From the NCBI RefSeq assembly GCF_000014785.1, contig NC_008340.1:510001-542000 (forward strand): 32,000 bases of DNA, in the 5' to 3' direction. Positions within the stretch are counted from its first letter, which is position 1; each line of letters starts with the position of its first letter. This stretch comes from Alkalilimnicola ehrlichii MLHE-1. Its GTDB lineage: Bacteria > Pseudomonadota > Gammaproteobacteria > Nitrococcales > Halorhodospiraceae. Below the pieces are notes generated by a model, which did not search any database, had not been told where the DNA came from, and saw nothing but the letters and a program-made list of their open reading frames with translations. Shown here piece after piece: positions 14,931 to 25,849 of the stretch. The translations under genes and the position numbers were made by a program.

Positions 14931-15464
14931 ATGTCGAGAGTAGCGAAACGACCCGTCAAGGTGCCGTCCGGAGTGGAGGTCAAGCTTGATGGGCAGGACG
15001 TCAAGGTAAAGGGCCCGAAGGGCGAGCTGGCCTGGACGGTTCACGATTGGGTGGCCGTTGAGCAGGCAGACGGCGAGCTGCGGGTTCAGGCGCAACTGGA
15101 TGACCGGCGCGCGGTTGCCCTGGCTGGGACCACCCGGGCCCTTCTGAACAACATGGTCACCGGGGTGAGCCAGGGCTTCGAGCGCAAGCTCGAGCTGCGT
15201 GGCGTTGGCTACCGGGCGCAGGTCCAGGGCAAGAACCTGAACCTGACCCTGGGCTTCAGCCATCCGGTGGATTACCCGGTTCCCGAGGGGATCACCATCG
15301 AGGCGCCCAGCCAGACGGAAATCGTCGTCAAGGGCGCTGACAAGCAACAGGTGGGCGAGGTCGCCGCGCAGATCCGGGCGTTCCGGCCGCCGGAGCCCTA
15401 CAAGGGCAAAGGCGTGCGGTACGCGGATGAGCGCGTGGTCCTCAAGGAAGCCAAGAAGAAGTAG
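14931..15464 (+). CDS. rplF: 50S ribosomal protein L6
   Basis: 177 aa, [33 protein letters not shown]. Confidence 0.97.
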   Translation: MSRVAKRPVKVPSGVEVKLDGQDVKVKGPKGELAWTVHDWVAVEQADGELRVQAQLDDRRAVALAGTTRALLNNMVTGVSQGFERKLELRGVGYRAQVQGKNLNLTLGFSHPVDYPVPEGITIEAPSQTEIVVKGADKQQVGEVAAQIRAFRPPEPYKGKGVRYADERVVLKEAKKK

Positions 15465-15478
15465 GCAGGTTCAGGCGT

Positions 15479-15832
15479 ATGGATAAGAAAGCAACCCGTT
15501 TGCGGCGTGCGCGCCGGGCCCGCGCCAAGATCGCCGAGCTCAAGGTGCATCGGTTGAGCGTGCACCGCACGCCGCGGCACATGTATGCGCAGATCATCGC
15601 CCCGGACGGCGGCCGCACCCTGGTCGCCGCTTCGACGGTGGAGAAGGATCTGCGCAGCCGGGCCGAGGGCACCGGCAACTGCTCGGCCGCTGCCGAGGTG
15701 GGCCGGCTCATCGCCGAGCGTGCCAAGGCCGCAGGTGTTGAGCGCGTGGCCTTCGATCGCTCCGGCTTCAAGTATCATGGCCGGGTGAAGACGCTGGCAG
15801 ATGCCGCCCGCGAGGCCGGCCTGCAATTCTAA
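15479..15832 (+). CDS. rplR: 50S ribosomal protein L18
   Basis: 117 aa, [45 protein letters not shown]. Confidence 0.97.
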   Translation: MDKKATRLRRARRARAKIAELKVHRLSVHRTPRHMYAQIIAPDGGRTLVAASTVEKDLRSRAEGTGNCSAAAEVGRLIAERAKAAGVERVAFDRSGFKYHGRVKTLADAAREAGLQF

Positions 15833-15847
15833 TCAGGGGCAGGATTC

Positions 15848-16348
15848 ATGGCGAATACTGACGCACAGAATGACGGCCTTCGCGAGAAGCTGGTCGCGAT
15901 CAACCGGGTCGCCAAAGTCGTCAAGGGCGGCCGGCAGTTCGGTTTCACCGCGCTGGCCGTGGTAGGTGATGGTGACGGCCAGGTGGGCTTCGGCTACGGC
16001 AAGGCGCGTGAGGTGCCGGCCGCCATCCAGAAGGCGATGGAAAAGGCGCGGGCCAACATGAAGCGGGTTCACCTCGATGGGGGCACGCTGCAGTACGCGG
16101 TCACGGCCAACCACGGCTCGTCCAAGGTCTACATGCAGCCAGCGTCGGCCGGTACCGGCATCATCGCCGGCGGGGCTATGCGCGCGGTTTTTGAGGTGGT
16201 GGGTGTCCAGGACGTGCTGGCCAAGGCGATCGGTTCCCGCAACCCCATCAACGTGGTGCGCGCCACCATCAAGGGGCTGACGGACGTGGACTCCCCGGAT
16301 GCCGTTGCGGCCCGCCGGGGCAAGAAGGTTGAGGACATCGTAGGCTAG
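15848..16348 (+). CDS. rpsE: 30S ribosomal protein S5
   Basis: 166 aa, [43 protein letters not shown]. Confidence 0.98.
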   Translation: MANTDAQNDGLREKLVAINRVAKVVKGGRQFGFTALAVVGDGDGQVGFGYGKAREVPAAIQKAMEKARANMKRVHLDGGTLQYAVTANHGSSKVYMQPASAGTGIIAGGAMRAVFEVVGVQDVLAKAIGSRNPINVVRATIKGLTDVDSPDAVAARRGKKVEDIVG

Positions 16349-16350
16349 CC

Positions 16351-16539
16351 ATGACGACTCAAAAGCAGCTCAAGGTGACCCAGAAGCGCAGCACCGTCGG
16401 CCGGATTGCCAGCCACAAGGCCTGTGTGGCCGGTCTGGGTCTGCGCCGCATCAATCACAGCGTGGTGGTGGCCGATACCCCGGAGAACCGGGGCATGATC
16501 AACAAGGTGGCCTACCTCCTGGAAGTCGAGGAGTGCTGA
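16351..16539 (+). CDS. rpmD: 50S ribosomal protein L30
   Basis: 62 aa, [32 protein letters not shown]. Confidence 0.96.
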   Translation: MTTQKQLKVTQKRSTVGRIASHKACVAGLGLRRINHSVVVADTPENRGMINKVAYLLEVEEC

Positions 16540-16540
16540 C

Positions 16541-16975
16541 ATGCGTTTGAATTCCCTCCGTCCGGCCGCCGGCAGCCGTCCCGACGCGAACCGCGTCGGC
16601 CGCGGTGCGGGTACCGGCAATGGCAAGACCGCCGGCCGTGGCCACAAGGGCCAGCACAGCCGCTCCGGGGGCTTCACCAAGGTCGGCTTCGAGGGCGGTC
16701 AAATGCCCTTGCAGCGCCGGGTGCCGAAAGTGGGCTTCCGCTCCCGCAAGGCGTTGACCCGGGCCGAGGTGCGCTTGTCCGAGCTGAACAAGGTCGAGGG
16801 TGATACCGTGGACCTGCTGACGCTGAAGCAGGCCGGCATCATCAATCGCGGCGTGCGCACGGCCAAGGTGATTGCCTCGGGCAAAGTGGAGCGCGCGGTG
16901 ACGGTGCAGGGGCTGGCGGTCACCAAGGGTGCCCGCGAGGCCATCGAGGCGGCTGGCGGAAAGGTAGAGGCGTAA
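16541..16975 (+). CDS. rplO: 50S ribosomal protein L15
   Basis: 144 aa, [14 protein letters not shown]...[31 protein letters not shown]. Confidence 0.97.
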   Translation: MRLNSLRPAAGSRPDANRVGRGAGTGNGKTAGRGHKGQHSRSGGFTKVGFEGGQMPLQRRVPKVGFRSRKALTRAEVRLSELNKVEGDTVDLLTLKQAGIINRGVRTAKVIASGKVERAVTVQGLAVTKGAREAIEAAGGKVEA

Positions 16976-18319
16976 GTGGCCACCGGCGGGAGCAATGCGG
17001 CAGGGCTGGGCGGACTCGGCAAGCTGACCGAGGTGCGCCAGCGTCTGGTCTTCGTGCTGATGGCGCTGATTGTCTACCGCATCGGCACCCACATCACGAT
17101 CCCCGGGATCGACCCCGAAGCGCTCGCCGTCATGGTGGAGCAGCAGCGGGGCACGATCCTGGAGATGTTCAACATGTTCGCCGGTGGCGCGTTGGAGCGA
17201 CTCTCCATCTTCGCCCTGGGCATCATGCCGTACATCTCCTCCGCCATCATCATGCAGCTGCTCACGGCGGTGATTCCCACCCTGGAGCGGCTCAAGAAGG
17301 AAGGTGAGGCGGGCCGCCGGAAGATCACCCAGTACACCCGTTACGGGGCGCTCGGGTTGGCGATCTTCCAGGGGATCGGTATCAGTGTCGCGTTGCAGAG
17401 CCAGGGTGTGGCGGCAACGCCCGGGCCGGCCTTTGTGTTCATCAGCACGGTGACGTTGGCCACCGGGACCATGTTCCTGATGTGGCTCGGTGAACAGGTG
17501 ACCGAGCGGGGTATCGGCAACGGTATCTCAATCATCATCTTCGCCGGCATCGTCGCCGGGCTGCCGAGCGCGATCGGCGGCACGCTGGAGCTCAACCGCA
17601 CCGGTGAGATCGGCGCCGGGGTCATCTTGGCGCTGGCGGTGCTGGGTGTCGCGGTGGTCAGCTTCGTGGTGTTCGTGGAGCGGGGTCAGCGCCGGATCAC
17701 GGTGAACTACGCGCGGCGGCAGCAGGGCCGGAAGATGTACCAGGCCCAGAGCAGCCACCTCCCGCTGAAGCTGAACATGGCCGGGGTGATTCCGCCGATC
17801 TTCGCCTCCAGCATTATCCTGTTCCCGTCGACGCTGGGGCAGTGGTTCGGCGAGGGCACCGGGATCGAATGGCTGGGGCCGCTGGCGGCCACGCTGAGCC
17901 CGGGGCAGCCGTTGTATGTGGCGTTCTACGCGGTCGCCATCATCTTCTTCTGCTTCTTCTATACGGCGCTGGTGTTCAACGCCCGCGATACGGCGGACAA
18001 CCTGAAGCGCTCCGGTGCGTTTATCCCGGGGATTCGGCCGGGCGAGCAGACCGCAAAGTACATCGACAGTGTGATGAGCAGGCTCACCTTTTGGGGGGCC
18101 ATCTACATCACCGCCGTCTGTCTGCTGCCGGAGTTCCTGATCCTGTACTGGAACGTGCCTTTCTACTTCGGCGGGACGTCCCTGCTGATTATCGTCATCG
18201 TCATCATGGACTTCATGGCGCAATTGCAGGCCCACCTGGTGTCGCACCAGTACGAGCCGTTGATGAAGAAGGCGAACCTCAAGGGACAGGGTCCGGCCGG
18301 CGGGGGTCTCCTGCGGTGA
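16976..18319 (+). CDS. secY: Preprotein translocase subunit SecY
   Basis: 447 aa, GTG start, multi-pass membrane protein; [46 protein letters not shown]. Confidence 0.98.
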   Translation: MATGGSNAAGLGGLGKLTEVRQRLVFVLMALIVYRIGTHITIPGIDPEALAVMVEQQRGTILEMFNMFAGGALERLSIFALGIMPYISSAIIMQLLTAVIPTLERLKKEGEAGRRKITQYTRYGALGLAIFQGIGISVALQSQGVAATPGPAFVFISTVTLATGTMFLMWLGEQVTERGIGNGISIIIFAGIVAGLPSAIGGTLELNRTGEIGAGVILALAVLGVAVVSFVVFVERGQRRITVNYARRQQGRKMYQAQSSHLPLKLNMAGVIPPIFASSIILFPSTLGQWFGEGTGIEWLGPLAATLSPGQPLYVAFYAVAIIFFCFFYTALVFNARDTADNLKRSGAFIPGIRPGEQTAKYIDSVMSRLTFWGAIYITAVCLLPEFLILYWNVPFYFGGTSLLIIVIVIMDFMAQLQAHLVSHQYEPLMKKANLKGQGPAGGGLLR

Positions 18320-18328
18320 GACCTGGCG

Positions 18329-18348
18329 GCCCCCGCGCTCGCGGGGGC
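18329..18348 (+). repeat. GC-rich hairpin just downstream of secY; weak terminator-like
   Basis: GCCCCCGC / GCGGGGGC with 4-nt loop; short ATTTT about 13 nt further on. Confidence 0.4.
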
Positions 18349-18432
18349 GCGCTCAGCGGGATTTTCTGATATCCTTCGCGCCCACCCGGGTTCGGGCAGG
18401 CGGGTGACAGGCTTTGGTTTTGGAGACGAATC

Positions 18433-18546
18433 ATGAAAGTACGTGCGTCGGTCAAAAAGATCTGCCGTAACTGCAAGATCGTTCGCCGCAACGGTGTGGT
18501 GCGGGTGATCTGCTCCGACGGCCGGCATAAGCAGCGTCAGGGCTGA
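18433..18546 (+). CDS. rpmJ: 50S ribosomal protein L36 (zinc-ribbon form)
   Basis: 37 aa, [37 protein letters not shown]; below the ORF-track length cutoff, read directly. Confidence 0.95.
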   Translation: MKVRASVKKICRNCKIVRRNGVVRVICSDGRHKQRQG

Positions 18547-18556
18547 GCGGCCGGAG

Positions 18557-18586
18557 TTGCAGCAGGGCACTAGGTTTGGATACAAT
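18557..18586 (+). promoter_or_regulatory. Putative sigma70-type promoter upstream of rpsM (alpha operon)
   Basis: TTGCAG (18557-18562), 18-nt spacer, TACAAT (18581-18586), in the 79-nt rpmJ-rpsM gap. Confidence 0.5.
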
Positions 18587-18625
18587 CGCGGGTTTTCCGC
18601 GCACTGAGACTGGGAGAGAGGCTTC

Positions 18626-18985
18626 ATGGCCCGTATTGCAGGTGTCAACATTCCCGTCCACAAGCACGCCTGGGTGGCGCTGACCTCTATTTACGGCGTC
18701 GGCCGTACCCGGGCCAAGGCCATCTGCGATGAGGCAGGCGTGCCGCGGGACCGCAAGGTCAAGGAACTCACCGAGCAGGAGCTCGAGGCGATCCGTACCG
18801 CGCTGGGCAAGTACGAGGTCGAGGGTGACCTGCGTCGTGCCGTGGCCATGGACATCAAACGGCTGATGGATCTGGGCTGCTACCGCGGCATCCGTCACCG
18901 TCGCGGTCTGCCGGTACGCGGTCAGCGCACGCAGACCAATGCCCGTACCCGTAAGGGCCCGCGTCGCGGTCCGGCAGGCAAGTAA
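18626..18985 (+). CDS. rpsM: 30S ribosomal protein S13
   Basis: 119 aa, [52 protein letters not shown]. Confidence 0.98.
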   Translation: MARIAGVNIPVHKHAWVALTSIYGVGRTRAKAICDEAGVPRDRKVKELTEQELEAIRTALGKYEVEGDLRRAVAMDIKRLMDLGCYRGIRHRRGLPVRGQRTQTNARTRKGPRRGPAGK

Positions 18986-19056
18986 CCCGCCTGCCCGCCC
19001 GGCGGGGCAGGGCCGAATAAGGGTTCGAGTGAATCTTCAAGATCAGGATTTAGCAA

Positions 19057-19449
19057 ATGGCGAAAGCAGCGACCCGGTCACGCACTAAGCGTGCCAAGCG
19101 TACGGTGGTTGACGGCATCGCGCACATCAACGCGACCTTCAACAACACGATTATCACCATCACGGACCGCCAGGGCAATGGCCTGGCCTGGGCCAGCGCC
19201 GGCGGCAGTGGCTTTCGTGGCTCCCGTAAGAGCACGCCCTTTGCGGCCCAGGTGGCTTCCGAGCGTGCCGGCCGGGCTGCCCTGGATTACGGCCTGAAAA
19301 ACCTGGAGGTTCGCGTCAAGGGCCCGGGGCCGGGTCGTGAGTCGGCGGTGCGCGCATTGAACGCCGTGGGCTACCGGATCACCAATATTTCCGACGTCAG
19401 CCCCATTCCGCACAACGGCTGCCGGCCGCCCAAGAAGCGCCGCGTCTGA
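19057..19449 (+). CDS. rpsK: 30S ribosomal protein S11
   Basis: 130 aa, [34 protein letters not shown]. Confidence 0.98.
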   Translation: MAKAATRSRTKRAKRTVVDGIAHINATFNNTIITITDRQGNGLAWASAGGSGFRGSRKSTPFAAQVASERAGRAALDYGLKNLEVRVKGPGPGRESAVRALNAVGYRITNISDVSPIPHNGCRPPKKRRV

Positions 19450-19464
19450 TCCAGGAGTTAAGTC

Positions 19465-20085
19465 ATGGCAAGGTACATCGGTCCCACGTGTAAGCTGGCC
19501 CGCCGGGAGGGCACTGACCTCTTCCTGAAGAGCGGCGTCCGGCCGCTGGACAGCAAGTGCAAGCTCGATCAGCCCCCGGGGCCCAAGCTCCAGCGGCGCA
19601 CCCGGATGTCCGACTACGGGCTGCAGCTTCGCGAGAAGCAGAAGGTGCGCCGGATGTACGGCGTGCTTGAGCGGCAGTTCCGCAACTACTACAAGGAAGC
19701 GGCCCGGCAGAAGGGGGCCACCGGCACGGTGCTGCTGCAACTGCTGGAGAGCCGGCTGGACAACGTGGTGTACCGCATGGGGTTTGCCACCACCCGTGCT
19801 GAGGCGCGCCAGCTGGTGAGCCATCGCGGCGTGCAGGTCAACGGCCGAGTGGTCAACGTGCCGTCCATGCAGGTCAGCCCGGGCGATCTGGTGGGCTTGA
19901 AAGAGAAGGCCCAGAAGCAGCTTCGCGTGCAGGCCGCGCTGGAGATGGCGCAGCAGAACGGCTGGCCCGCCTGGGTCGAGGTGGACCCCAAGAAGTTTGA
20001 GGGCACCTACAAGGCCCGTCCGGACCGTGCGGACCTTAGCGCCGAGATCAACGAGTCGCTCATCGTCGAGCTGTACTCCAAGTAA
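19465..20085 (+). CDS. rpsD: 30S ribosomal protein S4
   Basis: 206 aa, [51 protein letters not shown]. Confidence 0.98.
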   Translation: MARYIGPTCKLARREGTDLFLKSGVRPLDSKCKLDQPPGPKLQRRTRMSDYGLQLREKQKVRRMYGVLERQFRNYYKEAARQKGATGTVLLQLLESRLDNVVYRMGFATTRAEARQLVSHRGVQVNGRVVNVPSMQVSPGDLVGLKEKAQKQLRVQAALEMAQQNGWPAWVEVDPKKFEGTYKARPDRADLSAEINESLIVELYSK

Positions 20086-20139
20086 TGCCGTCGCGGGCGA
20101 GTGGTCGCCCGCGCGTCCAGTCGTAGAGAGGTTTCACCG

Positions 20140-21135
20140 ATGCAGGGGACCTTCAGGGATTTCCTCAAGCCGCGCACCGTCGACATCCAGGAACAGGGTG
20201 AGCGACGCGCGAAGATTGTGCTGGAGCCCCTCGAGCGGGGCTTCGGCCACACGCTGGGCAACGCCCTGCGCCGCGTGTTGCTGTCCTCCATGCCGGGCAG
20301 CGCCGTTGTCCAGGCAGAGATCGAGGGTGTCGAGCACGAGTACAGCAGCATGGAGGGGGTTCAGGAAGATGTTGTCGACATCCTGCTGAACCTCAAGAGC
20401 CTGGCCGTGCGGATGCACGATCGGGACGAGGCCGAGCTCACGGTGTCGGTGCAGGGGCCTGGGCCGGTCACCGCGGGCGATATCCAGACCGCCCACGATG
20501 TCGAGGTCAAGAACCCGGAGCTCCTCATTTGCACGCTCACCAAGGCGGTGGCCTTCAACGCCAAGCTGATGGTCGCCCGCGGGCGGGGCTACGAGGCCGC
20601 GACCCAGCGTGATGGGGACGAGGACCGGGTCATCGGGCGCCTGCAGCTCGACGCCAGCTACAGCCCGGTGAAGCGGGTGGCCTACACGGTGGAGAGCGCC
20701 CGCGTTGAGCAGCGGACCAACCTGGACAAGCTGGTCCTCGATGTGGAGACCAACGGTGTGCTGGAGCCGGAGGAGGCGGTGCGTTTCGCCGCCGGCCTGC
20801 TGCGCGATCAGCTCTCGGTGTTCGTGGACCTGGAAGGCGGCGAGTTCGAGGCCGAGCAGGAGGAGCAGGAGCCCGACGTGGATCCGATCCTGCTGCGTCC
20901 GATCGATGAGCTGGAGCTGACCGTCCGGTCCGCCAACTGCCTCAAGGCCGAGAGCATCCACTACGTGGGTGACCTGGTGCAGCGCACTGAGGTCGAGCTG
21001 TTGAAGACGCCGAATCTGGGCAAGAAGTCCCTGACCGAAATCAAGGAGACACTGGCCTCCCACGGCCTGTCCCTTGGTATGAGGCTGGAAAACTGGCCGC
21101 CGGCCGGTCTGGGCGAAGATCGCGTCGTGGGCTGA
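20140..21135 (+). CDS. rpoA: DNA-directed RNA polymerase subunit alpha
   Basis: 331 aa from ATG 20140 ([16 protein letters not shown]), [19 protein letters not shown]; the track start at 20101 is upstream of the conserved start. Confidence 0.97.
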
Positions 21136-21172
21136 GGCCCGGTCGGAAACCGAACAGGAAGGGATCAGGAAA

Positions 21173-21586
21173 ATGCGTCACCGTAAATCCGGACGTCAGT
21201 TGGGGCGCAACAGCGCGCACCGCAAGGCCATGTATCGCAACATGGCGGCCTCGCTGTTCAAGCACGAGGCCATCAAGACCACGCTGCCCAAAGCCAAGGA
21301 GCTGCGGCGCGTCGCCGAGCCGCTGATCACCATGGCCAAGAGCGACAGCGTGGCCAGCCGCCGCAAGGCCTTCGACCGCCTGCGCGACAAGGAGGTGGTG
21401 GGCAAGCTGTTCGAGGAGCTGGGGCCGCGCTATCAGGAGCGTCCTGGCGGCTATCTGCGCATCCTCAAATGCGGCTTCCGCCCGGGCGACAACGCGCCCA
21501 TGGCCTTCGTTGAACTGGTGGATCGGCCGCTCCCGGTGGAAGAGGTCGAGGACGAGGACGAAGAGGAAGCCGCAGAGACCAATTGA
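21173..21586 (+). CDS. rplQ: 50S ribosomal protein L17
   Basis: 137 aa, [29 protein letters not shown]. Confidence 0.97.
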
Positions 21587-21607
21587 GGGCTTTGCGGGGC
21601 GCTTTCC

Positions 21608-21638
21608 AAAAAAGCCGGGCCTGGCGCCCGGCTTTTTT
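21608..21638 (+). terminator. Intrinsic terminator after rplQ
   Basis: Perfect 13-bp inverted repeat AAAAAAGCCGGGC / GCCCGGCTTTTTT, 5-nt loop. Confidence 0.93.
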
Positions 21639-21662
21639 GTGCGTGAGCGGTTTTCAGGAGGC

Positions 21663-22430
21663 GTGGTGTTCATCCTTTTCACGGACTTCGGTTATGAGGG
21701 GCCCTACGTCGGGCAGATGAAGGCGGTCCTGTATGCCGGCGCCCCGCAGACGCCGGTGGTCGACCTGATGCACGACGCTCCGGTCTTCCGGCCCGACGCG
21801 GCCGGCCGGTTGCTCGCCGCCTACGGCCGGGGGCTGCCCGGCGGAAGCATTACCCTGGCGGTGGTGGACCCAGGGGTGGGGGGCGAGCGACGGGCACTCG
21901 CCGCCCAGGCGGACGGTCGTTGGTGGCTCGGCCCGGACAACGGCCTGTTGGTCCCGGCGCTGCACCGCTGCCGGGACGTGGCCGTCTGGCAGTTGGCGAC
22001 TCCGGCGGATGCGGCCCCGAGCTTTCACGGGCGTGATCTGTTTGCGCCGGCCGCGCTGCAAGTCCTGAAAGAGGGCCGGGTGTCGGGCCAGGCGCTGCCC
22101 CCCGGTGAGCTGGTAGGCTGGGACGCGGTCGAGCCGGTTCCAGCTATTCTCTATATTGACCGGTACGGCAACGCGGTCACTGGTCTGGACGGGGACGGGT
22201 TGGCCAACACGGCGGTGGTCGAGGCAGGGTATCGGGCCTTCCGATTCGCGCGCACCTTCGGTTGCGTCGCGCCCGGGGAGGCCTTCTGGTACCGCAATTC
22301 CAGCGGCCTAGTGGAGCTGGCCGTCAATCAGGGCCGGGCCGACGAGTGGCCGGGCGTCGAGCTCGGCGCGCCGGTTAAGGTATTCGAAGCTCACGCCGCG
22401 GGGCAACCGGGCGGGGAGGAGTCGTCATGA
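21663..22430 (+). CDS. SAM hydroxide adenosyltransferase family protein (COG1912/DUF62-like)
   Basis: Frame 21510-22430; start placed at GTG 21663 (or 21666) just after the rplQ terminator: VFILFTDFGYEGPYVGQMKAVL..., VVDPGVGGERR, GPDNGLLVPAL, YIDRYGNAVTGL. Confidence 0.85.
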   Translation: MVFILFTDFGYEGPYVGQMKAVLYAGAPQTPVVDLMHDAPVFRPDAAGRLLAAYGRGLPGGSITLAVVDPGVGGERRALAAQADGRWWLGPDNGLLVPALHRCRDVAVWQLATPADAAPSFHGRDLFAPAALQVLKEGRVSGQALPPGELVGWDAVEPVPAILYIDRYGNAVTGLDGDGLANTAVVEAGYRAFRFARTFGCVAPGEAFWYRNSSGLVELAVNQGRADEWPGVELGAPVKVFEAHAAGQPGGEESS

Positions 22431-22672
22431 AGATCCAGATCGATGTGGACGGGAAACCGGAGGAGCTGCGCGCCTTTCTGGGGCTGCCGGACCTCAACCC
22501 GGTGCACGAGGCCATGGTCTCCCATCTGTTGCAACAGCTCGAGGAGAGTCGCGACCCCCAGGCCTTCATGCAGAAGTGGTTCGCCGGGAGCTTGCAGGGG
22601 GCGGAGACGCTGCAGCGGCTGATCCTGGAGAGCCTGCACCGGCCTGGGGCCGGCGCCGGGAAGAAGGACTGA
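22427..22672 (+). CDS. Small conserved-looking protein, possibly DUF6489 family
   Basis: 81 aa MKIQIDVDGKPEELRAFLGLPDLNPVHEAMVSHLLQQLEE...; ATGA overlap with the preceding gene. Family assignment is from recall of the N-terminal pattern. Confidence 0.65.
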   Translation: MKIQIDVDGKPEELRAFLGLPDLNPVHEAMVSHLLQQLEESRDPQAFMQKWFAGSLQGAETLQRLILESLHRPGAGAGKKD

Positions 22673-22853
22673 CGCCGGCTGGACGCCCCGGGGCCGCCAG
22701 GGCAATGCAGCGCGAAACGGCGCCGAATGGCGCCAATTCTCCGTGAGGCGCGCCGCCATCTGCTACAATCCGTGCTCCGATAAGTAGACCCGGCCTTTAG
22801 CACCCTTGAGGCGAAGGGCCAGTCCATCCAAGAGTTCGAGAGGAGATCGCCCG

Positions 22854-23834
<981 letters not shown>

Positions 23835-23897
23835 TCGACCCCCTTGCCGGCAGCGCCGCCCAACCGGGCCGGCGCGCCGCCGGCAGGCGCTTAACGG

Positions 23898-23935
23898 ACG
23901 CCGTCGCACCCGATTGGGGGCGGCGGCGTTTTTTT
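23898..23935 (+). terminator. Intrinsic terminator after mdh
   Basis: ACGCCGTCGC / GCGGCGGCGT (one G-U pair) followed by an uninterrupted T run. Confidence 0.8.
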
Positions 23936-23956
23936 GGCCGCCCCCAAGCAGCCCGG

Positions 23957-24568
23957 TTACAGCGCGCCGGCCTCCCGCAGTGCTTCTTCAAAGGCGCGTG
24001 CCATCTTTCGGTACCCCTCGGCGTTGGGGTGGACACCGTCGGCTCGTAGCCCGGAGTCGCGGAGGATACGGCCGATCACCCGACCCTCATAGGCCAGGCC
24101 ATACGTCTCGGCCAGATCCCGGTAAAGGGCCGGTGGTCGCGGCGGTAGCGCCGGCTCGGGCACCCCCACCAGCAGCACCGGGACCTCCCGGCGCTGCGCC
24201 TCCTCGATCATCGCCGCCATGTTGGCGCGCAGGCGGTCCATACTCTCCCGGCGCAGGATGTCGTTGCCGCCGTGCATCAGGATCAGCAGGTCCGGCTGGT
24301 GCTCGTTGAGGGCACCGGGCAGGCGCTGTCGGCCCTCGGCCGAGCGCTCGCCAGGGACCCCGGCACGGATTACGGTCCGCCCGGTGAGCGCCTGCAACTG
24401 CTCCGGGTAGCTCTCCCCGCCCGGCGCGCCGGTCCCGTAGGTCAGGCTATCGCCGAAGGCCAGGATGACGCCGTCCTCCGGTAGGGGCGGCAGGGTCTCC
24501 GGTCGGCCGCAAGCGGCCAGCAGGACTAGGAGCAGGACCCACAGCCCAGCGTGCCGGGTTCGCAGCAT
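23957..24568 (-). CDS. SGNH/GDSL hydrolase (arylesterase / TesA-like), predicted lipoprotein
   Basis: 203 aa from ATG 24568: MLRTRHAGLWVLLLVLLAACGRPE lipobox, FGDSLTYGTGAPGGESYPEQL, GGNDILR, DGVHPNAEGY. Confidence 0.9.
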   Translation of the reverse strand: MLRTRHAGLWVLLLVLLAACGRPETLPPLPEDGVILAFGDSLTYGTGAPGGESYPEQLQALTGRTVIRAGVPGERSAEGRQRLPGALNEHQPDLLILMHGGNDILRRESMDRLRANMAAMIEEAQRREVPVLLVGVPEPALPPRPPALYRDLAETYGLAYEGRVIGRILRDSGLRADGVHPNAEGYRKMARAFEEALREAGAL

Positions 24569-24658
24569 CGTCAATCCGCTCCGACTAGGATAGGGTGAGG
24601 GCAGGTTACCACAGGCGGCTTTCGGGGCCCGGGGCCCAGTACGGCGGAGGAGCGGAAC

Positions 24659-25825
24659 ATGGCGAAAGGCAGGACCTGGCGGGTGGCAGTGTGTCCCGGC
24701 GATGGCATCGGGCCGGAGGTGATGGCGCCCACGGTCGCCGCGCTGCGGGCGGTGGCCGGACGCGAGGGGCTGGCGCTGGAGCTCCAGCACTACGACTGGC
24801 CGTCCCACGACTGGCACCGTCGGCACGGCGAGATGATGCCCGGGGACTGGCGCGAGCAGTTGGCCGCTCACGACGCCATCCTGCTCGGCGCCCTGGGCGA
24901 CCCCGGGCCGACCAATGATCCTGATCGCTACCTGCTCTCAGATGGTGTGTCGCTGGCGCCGCTGCTGCAATTGCGCAAGGGGTTCGACCTGTGGGCCTGC
25001 GAGCGGCCGGCGGTCCGGCTGCCCGGTACGCCTCAGTACCTGGCCGACCCCCGCGCCGAGGAACTGGACATGCTGGTGATCCGCGAGAACAGCGAGGGCG
25101 AGTATGTGGCCCAGGGCGGGCGCCTGGCGCCGGGCACGGCGCGCGAGGTGGCCACTCAGGTGGAGGTGTTCACCCGCCTGGCCACCGAGCGGATCATCCG
25201 CCACGCCTTCGAGCGCGCCCTACAGCGGGCCCACCTGCGCCAGACCGGCGAGCGCCCACCGCGCCCTTTTCCGCGGACCGGCGGTGGCGAGGCCAACGCC
25301 CAGGTCTGCCTGATCACCAAGCGAAACGCCCAGGCCTACTGGGGCGAGATGTGGACGGAGATCTTCGCCGAGGTGGCGCCCGACTACCCCGAGATCGCCA
25401 CCCACCATGAACTGGTGGACGCCGCCTGCATGAAGTTCGTGACCCGTCCCTGGGTGTTCGACGTGGTGGTGGCCAGCAATCTCCATGGCGACATCCTCAC
25501 TGACCTGGCCGCGGTGCTCTGCGGCGGTATGGGGGTTGCCCCCTCCTGTAACATCAACCCGCAGGATCGCCGTGTGCCACCCCTGTTCGAGCCCACCCAC
25601 GGCAGCGCCCCGGACATCGCCGGGCAAGGACTGGCCGGGCCTGAGGCCATGCTGCTGACCGCAGCGATGATGCTGGACTGGATGGGCGAGGAGGACCCGG
25701 CCGCGGCCCGCGCCGGTGAACGCCTGCGCCTGGCGGTAGCCGCCGACCTGCAGACCGGTAGCGGCGAGGCGCGGGGCACCGAGGCAGTGGGGGCGGCCAT
25801 CCTGGACCGTCTGGATCAGCAGTGA
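24659..25825 (+). CDS. Isocitrate/isopropylmalate dehydrogenase family protein (tartrate/D-malate dehydrogenase-like)
   Basis: 388 aa; PGDGIGPEVMAPTVAAL, LLGALGDPG, RENSEGEY, FDVVVASNLHGDILTDLAAVLCGGMGVAPSCNI, FEPTHGSAPDIAGQ. Confidence 0.88.
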   Translation: MAKGRTWRVAVCPGDGIGPEVMAPTVAALRAVAGREGLALELQHYDWPSHDWHRRHGEMMPGDWREQLAAHDAILLGALGDPGPTNDPDRYLLSDGVSLAPLLQLRKGFDLWACERPAVRLPGTPQYLADPRAEELDMLVIRENSEGEYVAQGGRLAPGTAREVATQVEVFTRLATERIIRHAFERALQRAHLRQTGERPPRPFPRTGGGEANAQVCLITKRNAQAYWGEMWTEIFAEVAPDYPEIATHHELVDAACMKFVTRPWVFDVVVASNLHGDILTDLAAVLCGGMGVAPSCNINPQDRRVPPLFEPTHGSAPDIAGQGLAGPEAMLLTAAMMLDWMGEEDPAAARAGERLRLAVAADLQTGSGEARGTEAVGAAILDRLDQQ

Positions 25826-25849
25826 ACGCGGTACGCAAGGAGCGAACCC

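Noticed and set aside
18163-18663. Minus-strand 166-aa ORF covering rpmJ and the secY-rpsM gaps
   Set aside because: Antisense to rpmJ and the secY end; composition and lack of motifs indicate a chance frame.
21510-21662. In-frame N-terminal extension of the SAM hydroxide adenosyltransferase ORF
   Set aside because: It would begin inside rplQ and run through the strong intrinsic terminator at 21608-21638; family homology starts at the VFILFTDFG segment.
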